Shown: in pieces, positions 26,257 to 37,448 of the stretch
Numbering within the stretch: position 1 is the stretch's first letter
Layout of the letters: every line of letters starts with the position of its first letter
NCBI GenBank assembly: GCA_965178125.1
Contig: OZ237771.1
Span: 558,001 to 605,204, forward strand
Length of the DNA: 47,204 nucleotides
Direction: 5' to 3'
From: Bilabrum cf. latius
Taxonomy: Eukaryota
The notes under the pieces: model-generated
Told to the model about the DNA's origin: nothing
Databases searched by the model: none
Seen by the model: only the letters and a program-made list of their open reading frames with translations
Translations under genes and position numbers: made by a program

Positions 26257-27641
26257 TCAACGCTTGACCCACTGGAACTTCTTCCTGGCCTTCTTGCGGC
26301 CTGGCTTCTTCCTCTCCACCATGCGCGGGTCCCTCCGCAGCATCCCCAGCCGCTTGAGCTGCGGCTGCAACCCGGGATCGAACCTCGCTAGCGCCCTCGC
26401 CAGCCCGTGCTTCACAGCTCCTGCCTATCCGCTGGGTCCGCCCCCCTTCACGTCCACACGCACGTCAAAGGCCCCCGCGATGCCCAGGGTCAGCAGGGGA
26501 GAGAGCGCCTCCCGCCGGTCCTCCATCAGAGGGAACACCTCGTCCAGCCGCTTCCGGTTCACTGACACGGAACCGTCGCCCAGCCGAACCAGTACGTTCG
26601 CCTGGGCCGTCTTGCGCGCCCCCCTAGCCCCCGCCCACCCTCTGCTGGAGCGGCGCGGAGCCCGGATGAGCGTCTGCTCCATGCGCACCTGCTTGCGGGA
26701 GGCCCCCCCTCCCGCGGCGCCCCCGTCCGTCTCCTCGCCCTCGGAGCGAGCCATCTCGAATAGCATCCAGAAAGGCATCGCGCGTGGGGTGCGCACCGAT
26801 GGGTCCCAGTCCAGGCTGCTCACGTACCCCGTGCCAGTGAGCATGCGCTGCAGGTAGGGGTCGTTAAGCACCTTCTCGCGCTCCTCGGGCCGAAGGGTGT
26901 CGAGGCCAGCCGACAGGCGACGGCCCACTTCCTCCGGGCGAGTGCCTTCCACTGCAGAGCCGGGGCCTGCACCGCCCCCGTACGCTGCTGTTCGCACCGC
27001 CGCGTCTTCCTCCAGCTGGCCCCCCGCCACTGCTGATCCGTCAGCGCCCGCCGCGACAAAGTCGACCTCGTCCTTGCTCAGCTGAAAGGCCGCCGATTTG
27101 CCGCGAGAACCAGACTGGGCCTCAGCCCTGAGACGCTCTTGCTCAGCGCGAGCATGCGATCGTGCAAGCCTATCCGAAGCCAATTCGTAGTCCGTAGGAG
27201 AGGCAACATGCCGAATGTTGCCCAACTCGTCTTCTACCTGCGGTGGTACAGTGGAGTCCAAGAGCGTAAGTCATCATTCAACATGCTACGATACGATCAA
27301 TCGGCTCATGAAGTGGTACACCGTGCCACACTCGGGCTCACCTCAACTTCCTCGAGCAGCTGCCAAGAATCCTTCCCATTTTCGCCAGGAATTCGCTTCA
27401 TGACTCCATGCACGTGCCTTGGTGGCTTGCTTAGCTCTTCAGCCCGAGTTTGCTGGCTAGATTCCTTCCCAGCGTCTCGCTGAGGGTCCCACTCCCAATC
27501 ATCACGAAGGCCGCTCTGCCATCTCCGAGCTGCAACACACCTTCCGCTCAACTAGCCAGCAGATGGAACCAATCCGTGAGAAACATTACTAACAACTTTT
27601 GAAAGCGCCCTAAGTCGACCGACAGCCTACGCCACCCGCAT
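26257..27641 (-). CDS. MRPS9: Mitochondrial ribosomal protein S9 (uS9m); intron 27238..27341
   Basis: [56 protein letters not shown]. Arg-rich, acid-free presequence [16 protein letters not shown]...; TAG at 27627, 27552 and 26425. Confidence 0.93.
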
Positions 27642-27807
27642 GGGGCACCGAAAACTACTGCTGGCCGCGAGACTGTAATTCACTGTTAGTAAGGTGCGAA
27701 ATGCAGCCCGAATGCGGCTCGGCTGTCGACAACCAGGCGACAACCACAGTCGGAGAGCTAGCCACTGCAATCAAATGATTTTGATTCGTAGGAAGTAGTG
27801 CGTCTCA

Positions 27808-29793
27808 TCACTCATCGTCATCCGAACCGCTGTCCCCTCCGGCTCCCCCGTCCTCGTCTTCGTCCTCGTCATCATCACTGGAGCTCTCGTTGCCCCCGCC
27901 CTCCTCGAAATCAGAATCCTCTTCGTCCTCGTCCTGCATGGCCGCCGCCCCACCCGTCGCCGGTCCATCGTCATCATCGGCTCCCACTGCCACCTGGTAC
28001 CTCTGGCCCTTGGTGCCCTGCTGCTCGTCCGTGGTTACCGACAGCTTCTTGCCGCGCAGGAAGCGGACCAGACCCGCGTGCTCCCGGCGCTCGATGGACG
28101 TGAATGTGTACTCGCGCCCCTGCTCCCCGCCGGCCCCCCTGCACCGAATGACCATGTCGAACGTTCTCGAGGCCACCCCTGCGGCCCCCATGCCCATGCG
28201 CTGCATCTCGATGCCCAGGATCTCCGAGTGACGAATGGACGTGGCCGGCTTGTGGATGAAGAAGAAGGACCGGTCCAGGGGGAACAACAGTCCGTCGTTG
28301 CCCTTGAGCGCGCTCCGGAATGCCTTGTGCCCCGTGCGACTCACGAACTCGCCCGTCTTGAAGATGCGCTTGCCCGTGATGTTCCTCAGCAGCGAGGCCA
28401 CCACCTTGGGCAGCTCGCCCTCCACCTTGGCCGGGATGTTGCCGTACTTGCTCTTGCGCGCATCGGCGCTCGCCAGCACGTCAATGGCGGCGTGCACCAC
28501 GTCCAGCTGCATGACCAGGTGGGGGTACCTCTGCTGGCCCTGCCGGATGGGGTCGTCGAGAGAGATGACCACGTTCACACGGGTGCTGTCTGCCGTGGTC
28601 TGAGAGGGGCGCGGCAAGTAGTACATGCGGCTGATGCTCTTGTAGGCCAGTCGGTACTCGTAGGTCTTCCCGACCATGCGCATGGCCGTGGGATACATCT
28701 CGATCTTGTACCTTCCCCTCGGGGTCAGGAAGAGCGCCTGCGACTCGGGGATCTCCGCCACCAGGTCACCGGAGGACTCCGCCCCGCCCAGGTCTGCCAC
28801 TTTGGCCATGGCTGCCTGCAGCGCCTCCCCCGCGGTCTTGCCCTCGCCCAATTCCTTGGCTTGTTCCTTGAGCTCGGGATGCTCGGGGGGCACCCACAGC
28901 TTCATTTCCATGAGCACCTCGTCCTCGGGGCCTGCGGTATCATCGGCCTCATACTGAAGAGACACCTCCCCGCGACCGGGATAAGCCAGGTGGGCCAGTC
29001 CGTCCAGCGGCAAAAAACACATGGGCCGGCCCTTGGGGTCGTGCAGCTCCAGGCGCTTGCCAACCACTGTGGGCTCACCCCAGTTGCCCCCGCCGACCGC
29101 CATAGTCCCGTCTGTCAGAGCAACCCTCCCTTCCAGAGCTGTGTCGAGCGCCTCGGACAGGCGCTGCCTGGACCTAGGGTCGAATCCATCCAGCACCAGA
29201 AGCTTGTCGCTGGCCCCGCGGATTCGAAGCTGGGCGCGAGCCGGACCCTGCGGGATCCACTCGAGGGACTTGATATCACCTGACTTGACCTGTGAGTGCA
29301 AGATGATTTAGACTATTCGTGGAATGTGCGTGATTGAATTTGGAGGCGCGGATAGCGAGCGGGACACTAGGAGGAACGCCGCGTGCTCGATCGGCGACCG
29401 GCGAATTGCTGCCGCAATTCCACTCACTTTCTCGATTCTGCCATCATCATTTCGCCACGTAATTCCCTTGTCGGCTATATCGACGGTTCCAAGGTTCTGC
29501 GTGCACCGCAGGTGAGAAAGGGTTCGCTATCAGCACGTGGCAGACGAAAGGATACGCAGGAACACGCACGGCATATACCTGGACAAACACTTCAAACGAA
29601 GAGTAGACAAAAAGTGTTTATAGGTGTTGACAAGACGAATGTCCCCTTGTCTCACTGTGGTGGCTCCGCACAAGAGGATATTTCGGAAAGCAACAATCAC
29701 GTTCGACTTCGCAGACGATGCAGCTGAAGACGAGGATGAACTAGATTCCATGGGAGCCTGTTCGCTCTTTGATTCTACTGCCGAAGCCGCCAT
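27808..29793 (-). CDS. SSRP1: FACT complex subunit SSRP1/POB3 (no HMG box); introns 29290..29427 and 29497..29655
   Basis: GGNWG, FLTPRGRY, LDDPIRQGQQRYPHLV, GLLFPLDRSFFFIHKP, SRTFD and an acidic tail; 69-nt middle exon NLGTVDIADKGITWRNDDGRIEK; ends TGA. Confidence 0.95.
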
Positions 29794-29957
29794 CCAATTT
29801 ATTGCAAGCTGAAGGTGCTCTTGACTTTGCTCTTTTTGTTTCAAAAGTTGCCTGCTGCGAGTGTGTGATGAGTGAGTCTCAGAGGCACATAAACTGCCAG
29901 ATACCACAATAATAAGTCAGCTAAAACAATATTTTCTCAAGAGTTTGTTGAATTGCA

Positions 29958-32819
29958 ATGGCGGCTGCTCCCCGAGTTGCTGAGAAAGGGAGTAAACGTT
30001 TCAACTAGTTGCGCGAGCGAGGAAATGATTCGCAGGCCATCCTTCAAGCAAATGGCGTTAGAGTGTGGGTCAACAAGCAAGTTATTGGATTGAATAGTGA
30101 GCATGCAGCTATAGAGCTGGCCGTGTTGACACAGTCCGCCATTCTGCTGTAGTCATCACCCGGCTAGTCGAAGGTGGATCCATTGCTGCGACTGAGTACC
30201 TTTGATATCGTGGGTGCTCGAGTTGCATCGGCAGGACCCATCCGCCCTACAGACCCAGATCCACCTGTGCCTGGGGCAGACGATAGGCTTGTGAACGTGG
30301 TGGCTTGGCCCCGACCGGCGGAACCGGAGGGTTTCGCGTCTGGCTCGCACGACGCCCAGGGCGGGTGCTGCTCCTCCTGCGGGGCATCCTCCACTGCCAT
30401 TGACCTAAGGCCGCATGGATCGCTGCAAGCGGCTGCCGCTGAAGCCCGCGCAGCCGGCCTGTCCGTATCCGAGTCGGCGCTGCGGAAGGCCGCGGGAGCA
30501 ACCGGGCGCGGGGCTGCGCTCCGAGGGGATGGGGGGGCGGGCCCAGGCACGGCTGGGGCGGCTCCCTCTACGCATGCATCGGATATGCACGCAGCACACG
30601 CTGCCCCGGTCGCGCCTGTCCCTGGCAGTGCACTGCACTTCGAGCACGTCAGCCATGTTCGTGATGCTGGTGCGAAGCTTCCTTGGTGTGATGAGTGTGG
30701 TGGCACCTCAGGCGAGGTGCGGCAGCTCGAGCCCGATATTTCGGACGCACCGGAAGAGGGGGGCAGTCCGGTCACGGGCAGTGATGGTGATGGTGATGGT
30801 GATGGTGATGGTGATGGTGGTGGCGAGGCAGGGGCAGGGGCAGGAGCAGGGGCAGGGGCCAAAGGAGGTTCGATCCTTCGGCAGGCCTCGAGACACCAGG
30901 CCCGATGGAGGAACGAGCCGAGGGCAGCGCCCTTCCGGCCTGCGCAGGTGAGGGGGAGGGACCCCCCTGGGCGGCAGAGGGTGCTCCTGACGATGCTGCT
31001 GCCTTCCGCGCGGGAGGCCACCGACTGGGCGAGGGCGCTGCAGCGACTGGGCCGCGGGCTGCCCGTGGTGCGGCACTCAGGAGGCGAAGAGGGTGGAGAA
31101 GGGAGCGATGTCCCGCCGGGGGCCGTGCTGCCCGCCCCCCGGCGCCGCCTTCTGGTGATTGCATCGGACGCAAGTGGAATGGGTACGGCCAAGGATCTTC
31201 TCGGCGACCACTGGCGGCCCTTGCTGGAGCAGGACGGGGGCTGCGAGGTGGAGGAGATGTGGACTAGCGCGCCGGGGGATGCGCAGGGCATGATGCAGCG
31301 GCTGGACGTGAGCCGGGTGGATGCTGCGGTGGCCTGCGGGGGCGATGGTATCCTGCACGAGATGGTGCAGGGGCTGCTAGGCAGGGAGGACTGGGCCAGG
31401 GCACGGCTGCTGCCGCTGGGGCACCTCCCTGCGGGCAGCGGCAACGGGATGAGCAGGAGTGCCGCCTCTGCAGCCAGGGAGCCCTGGGACCGCGTGAGTC
31501 CTGCCTTCTTGCTGTGCAAGGGGGGTGTCTCGCCGCTGGATGTGGCCGCCACAGATGTGTGGCCCGAGGGGGAGAAGGCCCCCAGGCGGGTGTACTCCAT
31601 CCACCAGATCGAGTGGGCGGTGGCGGCGGACATCGACAGGGAGAGTGAGGCTTACCGGTGCCTGGGCCCCGACCGGTTTGCTGTGGCTGGCCTCGTGCGG
31701 GCGTTCTGCGTGCGGTGGTACGGGGGCAGGCTGTTCCTGCTGCGGGCAGGGCACAAGGGGGTGGGGCCTGTGGGCGCTGGGGGTGCCTCGTATGAGCCAG
31801 GCCATGGCTTAGACCGCCCCGGTGAGCACAAGGAGGGGGAGAGCGCGGCAGCTGCACCGAGTAACAGTGGCGGGATCACGGTATCTATGGGGGCGGGAGA
31901 CCCCCAGGAGGCCTTGCTGGGCACGGGCACTTCATCTGCCTCTGCAGCAGGAAACAAGCAGGCCACGGTTTCCTCTTCCAATTCCAGTGGACTGGTAGAC
32001 CCCTCTGTCTTCCGGAAGGCCTCTAGCCCAGCCTTTGACTGGAGGGACGACTCCACCCGGTCCCACGAGCAAGCCTCTTCGGCGGCTCACACGGTGGTAC
32101 TGGCCTCTCCTGATCTTCCCGCTGATGCCATCCACGGGGAGAGCGAGCCGGCCGCAGCAACGAGCGGGGCAGCGGCTCCGCGGGACGAGTAGGAGGCTCA
32201 GCCACAAGACGGCAAGCAGGAGCAGGCCACTCGTCACACCCTCAGGAACGTGCACCTGCCTCCCTTGACCTCTACGATCGGTGGAGTGGGGGGCCCAGGA
32301 GCACCCCTTACTCAAGCCACTGGATCCACTCCAGACGTACCCAGGGGGGCGGGGCCAGGAGCCCCGAGCGAGGACTTGGGGGGCCGGCGGCGCACCGGTG
32401 GGTTGGGTGCCGGGGGCCGGTGGGAGGTGGTGGAGGGCACCTTCTCGTACTTTTGGGCCTGCAGCTCCACGCACCAGAGCTACGACGTGAGCGCTGCCCC
32501 GCACTCTCGGTTCGACGATGGGGCGGCGTGGGTGACGCACGCGGGCCCGGCTCGGTGCTGCGGGATGGTGCAGCTGCTGCTGGGGCTGGACGAGGACGGG
32601 GGGCTGACGAGGCTGCCCTGGGTGGATGAAGACCCCGTGGTGGCGTGGAGGCTCGAGCCGGGGCCCAAAGCGGTGGCAGGCACGCAGGTGATGGTGGATG
32701 GGGAGGCGGTCGGGCATGGCCCGGTGCAGAGCGAGATCCACAGGGGCCTCCTGAGGCTCATCACCGGGGTCCCGATGGGAGATGCGCTGCCTGCAGAGGA
32801 TAGAGCCGGTCTTGTCTAA
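29958..32819 (+). CDS. Sphingosine kinase / DAGK-catalytic family lipid kinase (~953 aa)
   Basis: CGGDGILHEMVQGL, LPAGSGNGM, ADIDRESEAYRCLG..RF and C-terminal VMVDGE. Halves join via TAG 32190, with three more TAGs upstream of 30174; ends TAA. Confidence 0.9.
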
Positions 32820-32920
32820 CCATTGGTAATAAGCAACCAATGTCAACATGAGCTGGGGGCAAAGCTGCACTAAACTGCACTGTTGCCCAACTGAGCTGCC
32901 TCGCTTGCTTGACACATAAC

Positions 32921-35239
32921 ATGGATCTCGAGAGAGTGTCATCGGAAGCCATTTTCGCTAGCTAGTGGCTCCGTAAGCGCCTTCGGCGGGAGCATGGGAA
33001 TCGAATCCAAGGACCACTGAATGCTTTCGTTCGAGACCATGAGAAGAAGTCTAGTGCGGAAGCAGAAGCTCTAGAAGCCTGGGAGGCCTCCCCAAGTGAT
33101 AATAGTGCGCAAGATTATGTTCTCATGCAAAAGTCGTTAATGCCCCCGCCATTTCAGAAGCAATTATTGCCTGAAAGGCTTGGACCTGGCCCCACTGTTC
33201 GAATGCTGCAGCTGAACCCAGACAGGGGGGCAGCCAACCTAGCCACTTCGTTCGCAACCCAGATGGAAAGACAATATAGTGGTGATAGTATTGGCATGCT
33301 CAGCCGATTGCCACGGGAAGCAGTAGCAGCTGGAATGAGATGGGGGTGGGTCCACTGGCTAGCCGACGGACTGCCACAGCTGAGCCCGCCATCCTCCAGA
33401 AAACAGAGCAAAGAGCACACAAACTTGCAGCGCGTCGTTGGAGCCATTGCGCCTAGGCTCGCCCCAATGATGCTCACGCCGGTCGTAGCAGTTGCTGGAA
33501 GCCCTCCTCAGGCTGCTGGAGGCGAGCAGCTGTATATCACATCGGGGCCTGGCAGAAGGCTGCTGGGACAGACACGGTCCTCCCAGAGCGCAGGCAGTGC
33601 GTCCTCGCGTCAATTGGCGTGTGCAGCCGCGAACAGTCGGCTGCAGCTGGCCGTATCTGCCGGTGCAGTGGCGGTTCAGTCACCTGCCGGCGCCATGCCA
33701 GCCGGCTCCCTGGCCCGGCGCAAGGGGGGCGAGCTGGGCTGCTGGAAGCGAGACATGGCGCGGTGGGCGGCAGCCTTCGCACAGCGATGGGCAAGGCAGG
33801 GAAAATCAATGGCGGGCCAGGGGCAGAGACAGGGACAGGGGCCGGTGCATCAGGACCCCACGGCGGAGGTGCCAGTGGGCAGCGGGCGAGCCGTCGGGCC
33901 CTGGCCCAGGCCCATGCCAGCAGTGCTAAGCAAGAAACACAGGCCCCAAGGGGCCGCCCCGAGCCGGCTGCAACCCTACCTGTCCCTTGTGTGGGCGCAT
34001 GCCCAGGCGCTGGCTGCAGGGGAGGTGCCTGTCAGGGTGGCGGTGCCGGTGCTGGGGCTGCGGGAGGCTGCGCGGCTGTCGGCGTGCGCGGGTCGATTAG
34101 ATGCTGCCATGCAACGACCTGGCGCGCTGGGACTGGGGCTAGGGCTGGCCATGCTTCGAATAGGCGTCGGCAGCTGGGTGTCTGGCAGCTGGACCGTGGC
34201 AGAGGCACAGCTGAGCTTCAGGAGAGTAGAGCTCGGGAGAGAGCATGGGCTTGGCAGTTTCGATGGCGCAGACGGACCATCCGAATCTAGCAAGGTAAGC
34301 GCCAGCCCGAGTACAGACCCACGAGGAGAGGTGCCAGGTGATGTCACCAGTACTGTGCAGGACTGTGTATACAGACAGGCGCTTGGCCTCATGCTCCGTG
34401 TGTCCGTGGATGCCTGCGAGCGAGGGCTAGCCGAAGCGCAGTGGAGTGGAACCTTGGGAGCAGACCGACGAGCTGCACGGGAAGCATCCATCTCTTCTTC
34501 TGGCGATCACCATGCCCCCCTGAATGTGAGGGTCGCCAGGGTGGCGCTGGATGGGAGCCGTGGCTAGCTGCGTGGCCCTCGGCAAGAGCTTCAGAGGTGC
34601 CTGTAGATGCAGCCAGCTGCATAGGGCAGCCGTATTCACATCCCCTCTCGGCTGTGGGCGGCACTTCTCGGCTCCCCTCTCACTGCAGAGGAAATCTTTG
34701 CAGCTGCACAAGCGTCGACTTCTGGACCCAGCATTCAGAGCGGTGGTCGACCCAAGCCATGCCCAGCGGCTCGGGCTGCAGCAAGCGTAGCATGCGAGGC
34801 GCTGGCAGTTGCGGGTCCTGAGCGGCGCGAGTATCTGAAGGTATTCTTGAAGATGACGGGCGCGTATCCGTCGATGGCTTACGCGTAGGATCTACCGAAG
34901 TACGCCTGCCTGCGAACGCAACCAACCGATGGCACACTTATCATTGCTGCACCGAGGAGGGGGCTCTGTGATGGGGCACGTGCGGGAGGCGTGGTTGGCG
35001 CGTGGCTCATTACAGCAGAGCAGTCTGCCTCAGGTGATGGAGCTGCAGCATTGGTTGGCCGACATGTGTTGGAGATCGTACGTCCGGACCGTGGTAGCAC
35101 TGGAGTTGAGTGGCTCAGAGAGGTTGGCGAAATAGTGGCGGTGCCTGCAATCGCGGTGCGAGCTCAGGCGAACCTCACATTGCTGAACGCAGCCGCTCCT
35201 AAGACGAAGGTGGAGCGACTACCTCTAGACTTTCAGTAA
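32921..35239 (+). CDS. Hypothetical protein (~772 aa)
   Basis: Track ORFs 33125..34567 and 34991..35239 share a frame; open from ATG 32921 to TAA with 5 TAGs read through. No recognisable motif. Confidence 0.6.
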
Positions 35240-35581
35240 ATGATTTTGGGTGCGTGCAGCAACGCTACGGCTACGAACCAACTCAAACACGTTTGATGCA
35301 GGTCGACAATGGATGCCACTGAATGGTCTACCATCCGGATCGGAACTCTTGGAGCACACGGTGGGCGGCGATTGTCACGAATTGTGGCCCACGGTTCAGC
35401 TTGCAGCTGCCATTAGTCACCCGCGTTGGCCTTTCAAGCACATGTGTCGTGCAGCAAGATATATTTGCTGCACCAAAGGTGTCAACCGCGCTCGCGAGGC
35501 TCCTGCGGAAGCTCTCGGTGTATCGGGATGTTAGCCATGGATCATCTAAGCGTGTTCCCCACCACTAACCTTCTGTTTGTA

Positions 35582-36110
35582 GCCCCATCCACCGCATGCA
35601 CACTCAACCTGCTTGCACCGGCACACGAAACATGACCCAATCCACCGCACGCACACCCAACCTGCTTGCACCAGCACACGAAACATGGCCCCATCCACCG
35701 CACGCACACCCAACCTGCTTGCACCAGCACACGAAACATGGCCCCATCCACCGCACGCACACCCAACCTGCTTGCACCAGCACACGAAACATGGCCCCAT
35801 CCACCGCACGCACACCCAACCTGCTTGCACCAGCACACGAAACATGGCCCCATCCACCGCACGCACACCCAACCTGCTTGCACCAGCACACGAAACATGG
35901 CCCCATCCACCGCACGCACACCCAACCTGCTTGCACCAGCACACGAAACATGGCCCCATCCACCGCACGCACACCCAACCTGCTTGCACCAGCACACGAA
36001 ACATGGCCCCATCCACCGCACGCACACCCAACCTGCTTGCACCAGCACACGAAACATGGCCCCATCCACCGCACGTACACCCAACCTGCTTGCACCAGCA
36101 CACAAAACAT
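35582..36110. repeat. 53-bp subtelomeric tandem repeat, ~10 copies
   Basis: Unit ccatccaccgcacgcacacccaacctgcttgcaccagcacacgaaacatggcc; terminal copies diverged. Confidence 0.97.
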
Positions 36111-36246
36111 TAGGGTTAGAGGCCCCGCACGGAACCTGAACGGAGAACCTTCTTCCTTGGTTCTCCCTAATTCTTCTCGAGGAAACTTCCAGGAAAGCAT
36201 CCGAATATGCAACTTTGAGCGCGGGCTGGAGCTTCAATTAATGCAA

Positions 36247-37388
36247 TAGGTTTAGGGTTAGGGTTAGGTTAGGGTTAGGGTTAGGGCTAGGGTATCAGGG
36301 GGTCTTTAGGTTTTTTAGGGTTTTTTTTAGGGTTAGGGTTAGGGTTAGGGTTAGGGTTAGGGTTAGGGTTAGGGTTAGGGTTAGGGTTAGGGTTAGGGTT
36401 AGGGTTAGGGTTAGGGTTAGGGTTAGGGTTAGGGTTAGGGTTAGGGTTAGGGTTAGGGTTAGGGTTAGGGTTAGGGTTAGGGTTAGGGTTAGGGTTAGGG
36501 TTAGGGTTAGGGTTAGGGTTAGGGTTAGGGTTAGGGTTAGGGTTAGGGTTAGGGTTAGGGTTAGGGTTAGGGTTAGGGTTAGGGTTAGGGTTAGGGTTAG
36601 GGTTAGGGTTAGGGTTAGGGTTAGGGTTAGGGTTAGGGTTAGGGTTAGGGTTAGGGTTAGGGTTAGGGTTAGGGTTAGGGTTAGGGTTAGGGTTAGGGTT
36701 AGGGTTAGGGTTAGGGTTAGGGTTAGGGTTAGGGTTAGGGTTAGGGTTAGGGTTAGGGTTAGGGTTAGGGTTAGGGTTAGGGTTAGGGTTAGGGTTAGGG
36801 TTAGGGTTAGGGTTAGGGTTAGGGTTAGGGTTAGGGTTAGGGTTAGGGTTAGGGTTAGGGTTAGGGTTAGGGTTAGGGTTAGGGTTAGGGTTAGGGTTAG
36901 GGTTAGGGTTAGGGTTAGGGTTAGGGTTAGGGTTAGGGTTAGGGTTAGGGTTAGGGTTAGGGTTAGGGTTAGGGTTAGGGTTAGGGTTAGGGTTAGGGTT
37001 AGGGTTAGGGTTAGGGTTAGGGTTAGGGTTAGGGTTAGGGTTAGGGTTAGGGTTAGGGTTAGGGTTAGGGTTAGGGTTAGGGTTAGGGTTAGGGTTAGGG
37101 TTAGGGTTAGGGTTAGGGTTAGGGTTAGGGTTAGGGTTAGGGTTAGGGTTAGGGTTAGGGTTAGGGTTAGGGTTAGGGTTAGGGTTAGGGTTAGGGTTAG
37201 GGTTAGGGTTAGGGTTAGGGTTAGGGTTAGGGTTAGGGTTAGGGTTAGGGTTAGGGTTAGGGTTAGGGTTAGGGTTAGGGTTAGGGTTAGGGTTAGGGTT
37301 AGGGTTAGGGTTAGGGTTAGGGTTAGGGTTAGGGTTAGGGTTAGGGTTAGGGTTAGGGTTAGGGTTAGGGTTAGGGTTAGGGTTAGGG
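36247..37388 (+). repeat. Telomeric (TTAGGG)n tract 1: degenerate 36247..36326, then 177 perfect copies
   Basis: Read directly from the sequence. Confidence 0.99.
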
Positions 37389-37448
37389 TATCTATTATAA
37401 AGTCAGGGACAGGGTCGGGGAAAAATATTTTCATCTTCACTTTTTGAC

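Noticed and set aside
174-35239. Cluster of pseudogenes with nonsense mutations
   Set aside because: Interruptions are only TAG, with no frameshifts and no internal TAA/TGA in exons; essential motifs are intact downstream.
174-35239. Ciliate-type code (UAA and UAG both Gln) or UGA=Trp
   Set aside because: TAA ends TMEM218, sphingosine kinase and RING at plausible C-termini; TGA ends uS9, SDR and SSRP1 at family termini. In-frame TGA/TAA near 1663-1722 and 3934 fall inside inferred introns.
35542-36249. ORFs across the 53-bp repeat
   Set aside because: The period is not a multiple of 3 and the same peptide cycles through all frames; artefact.
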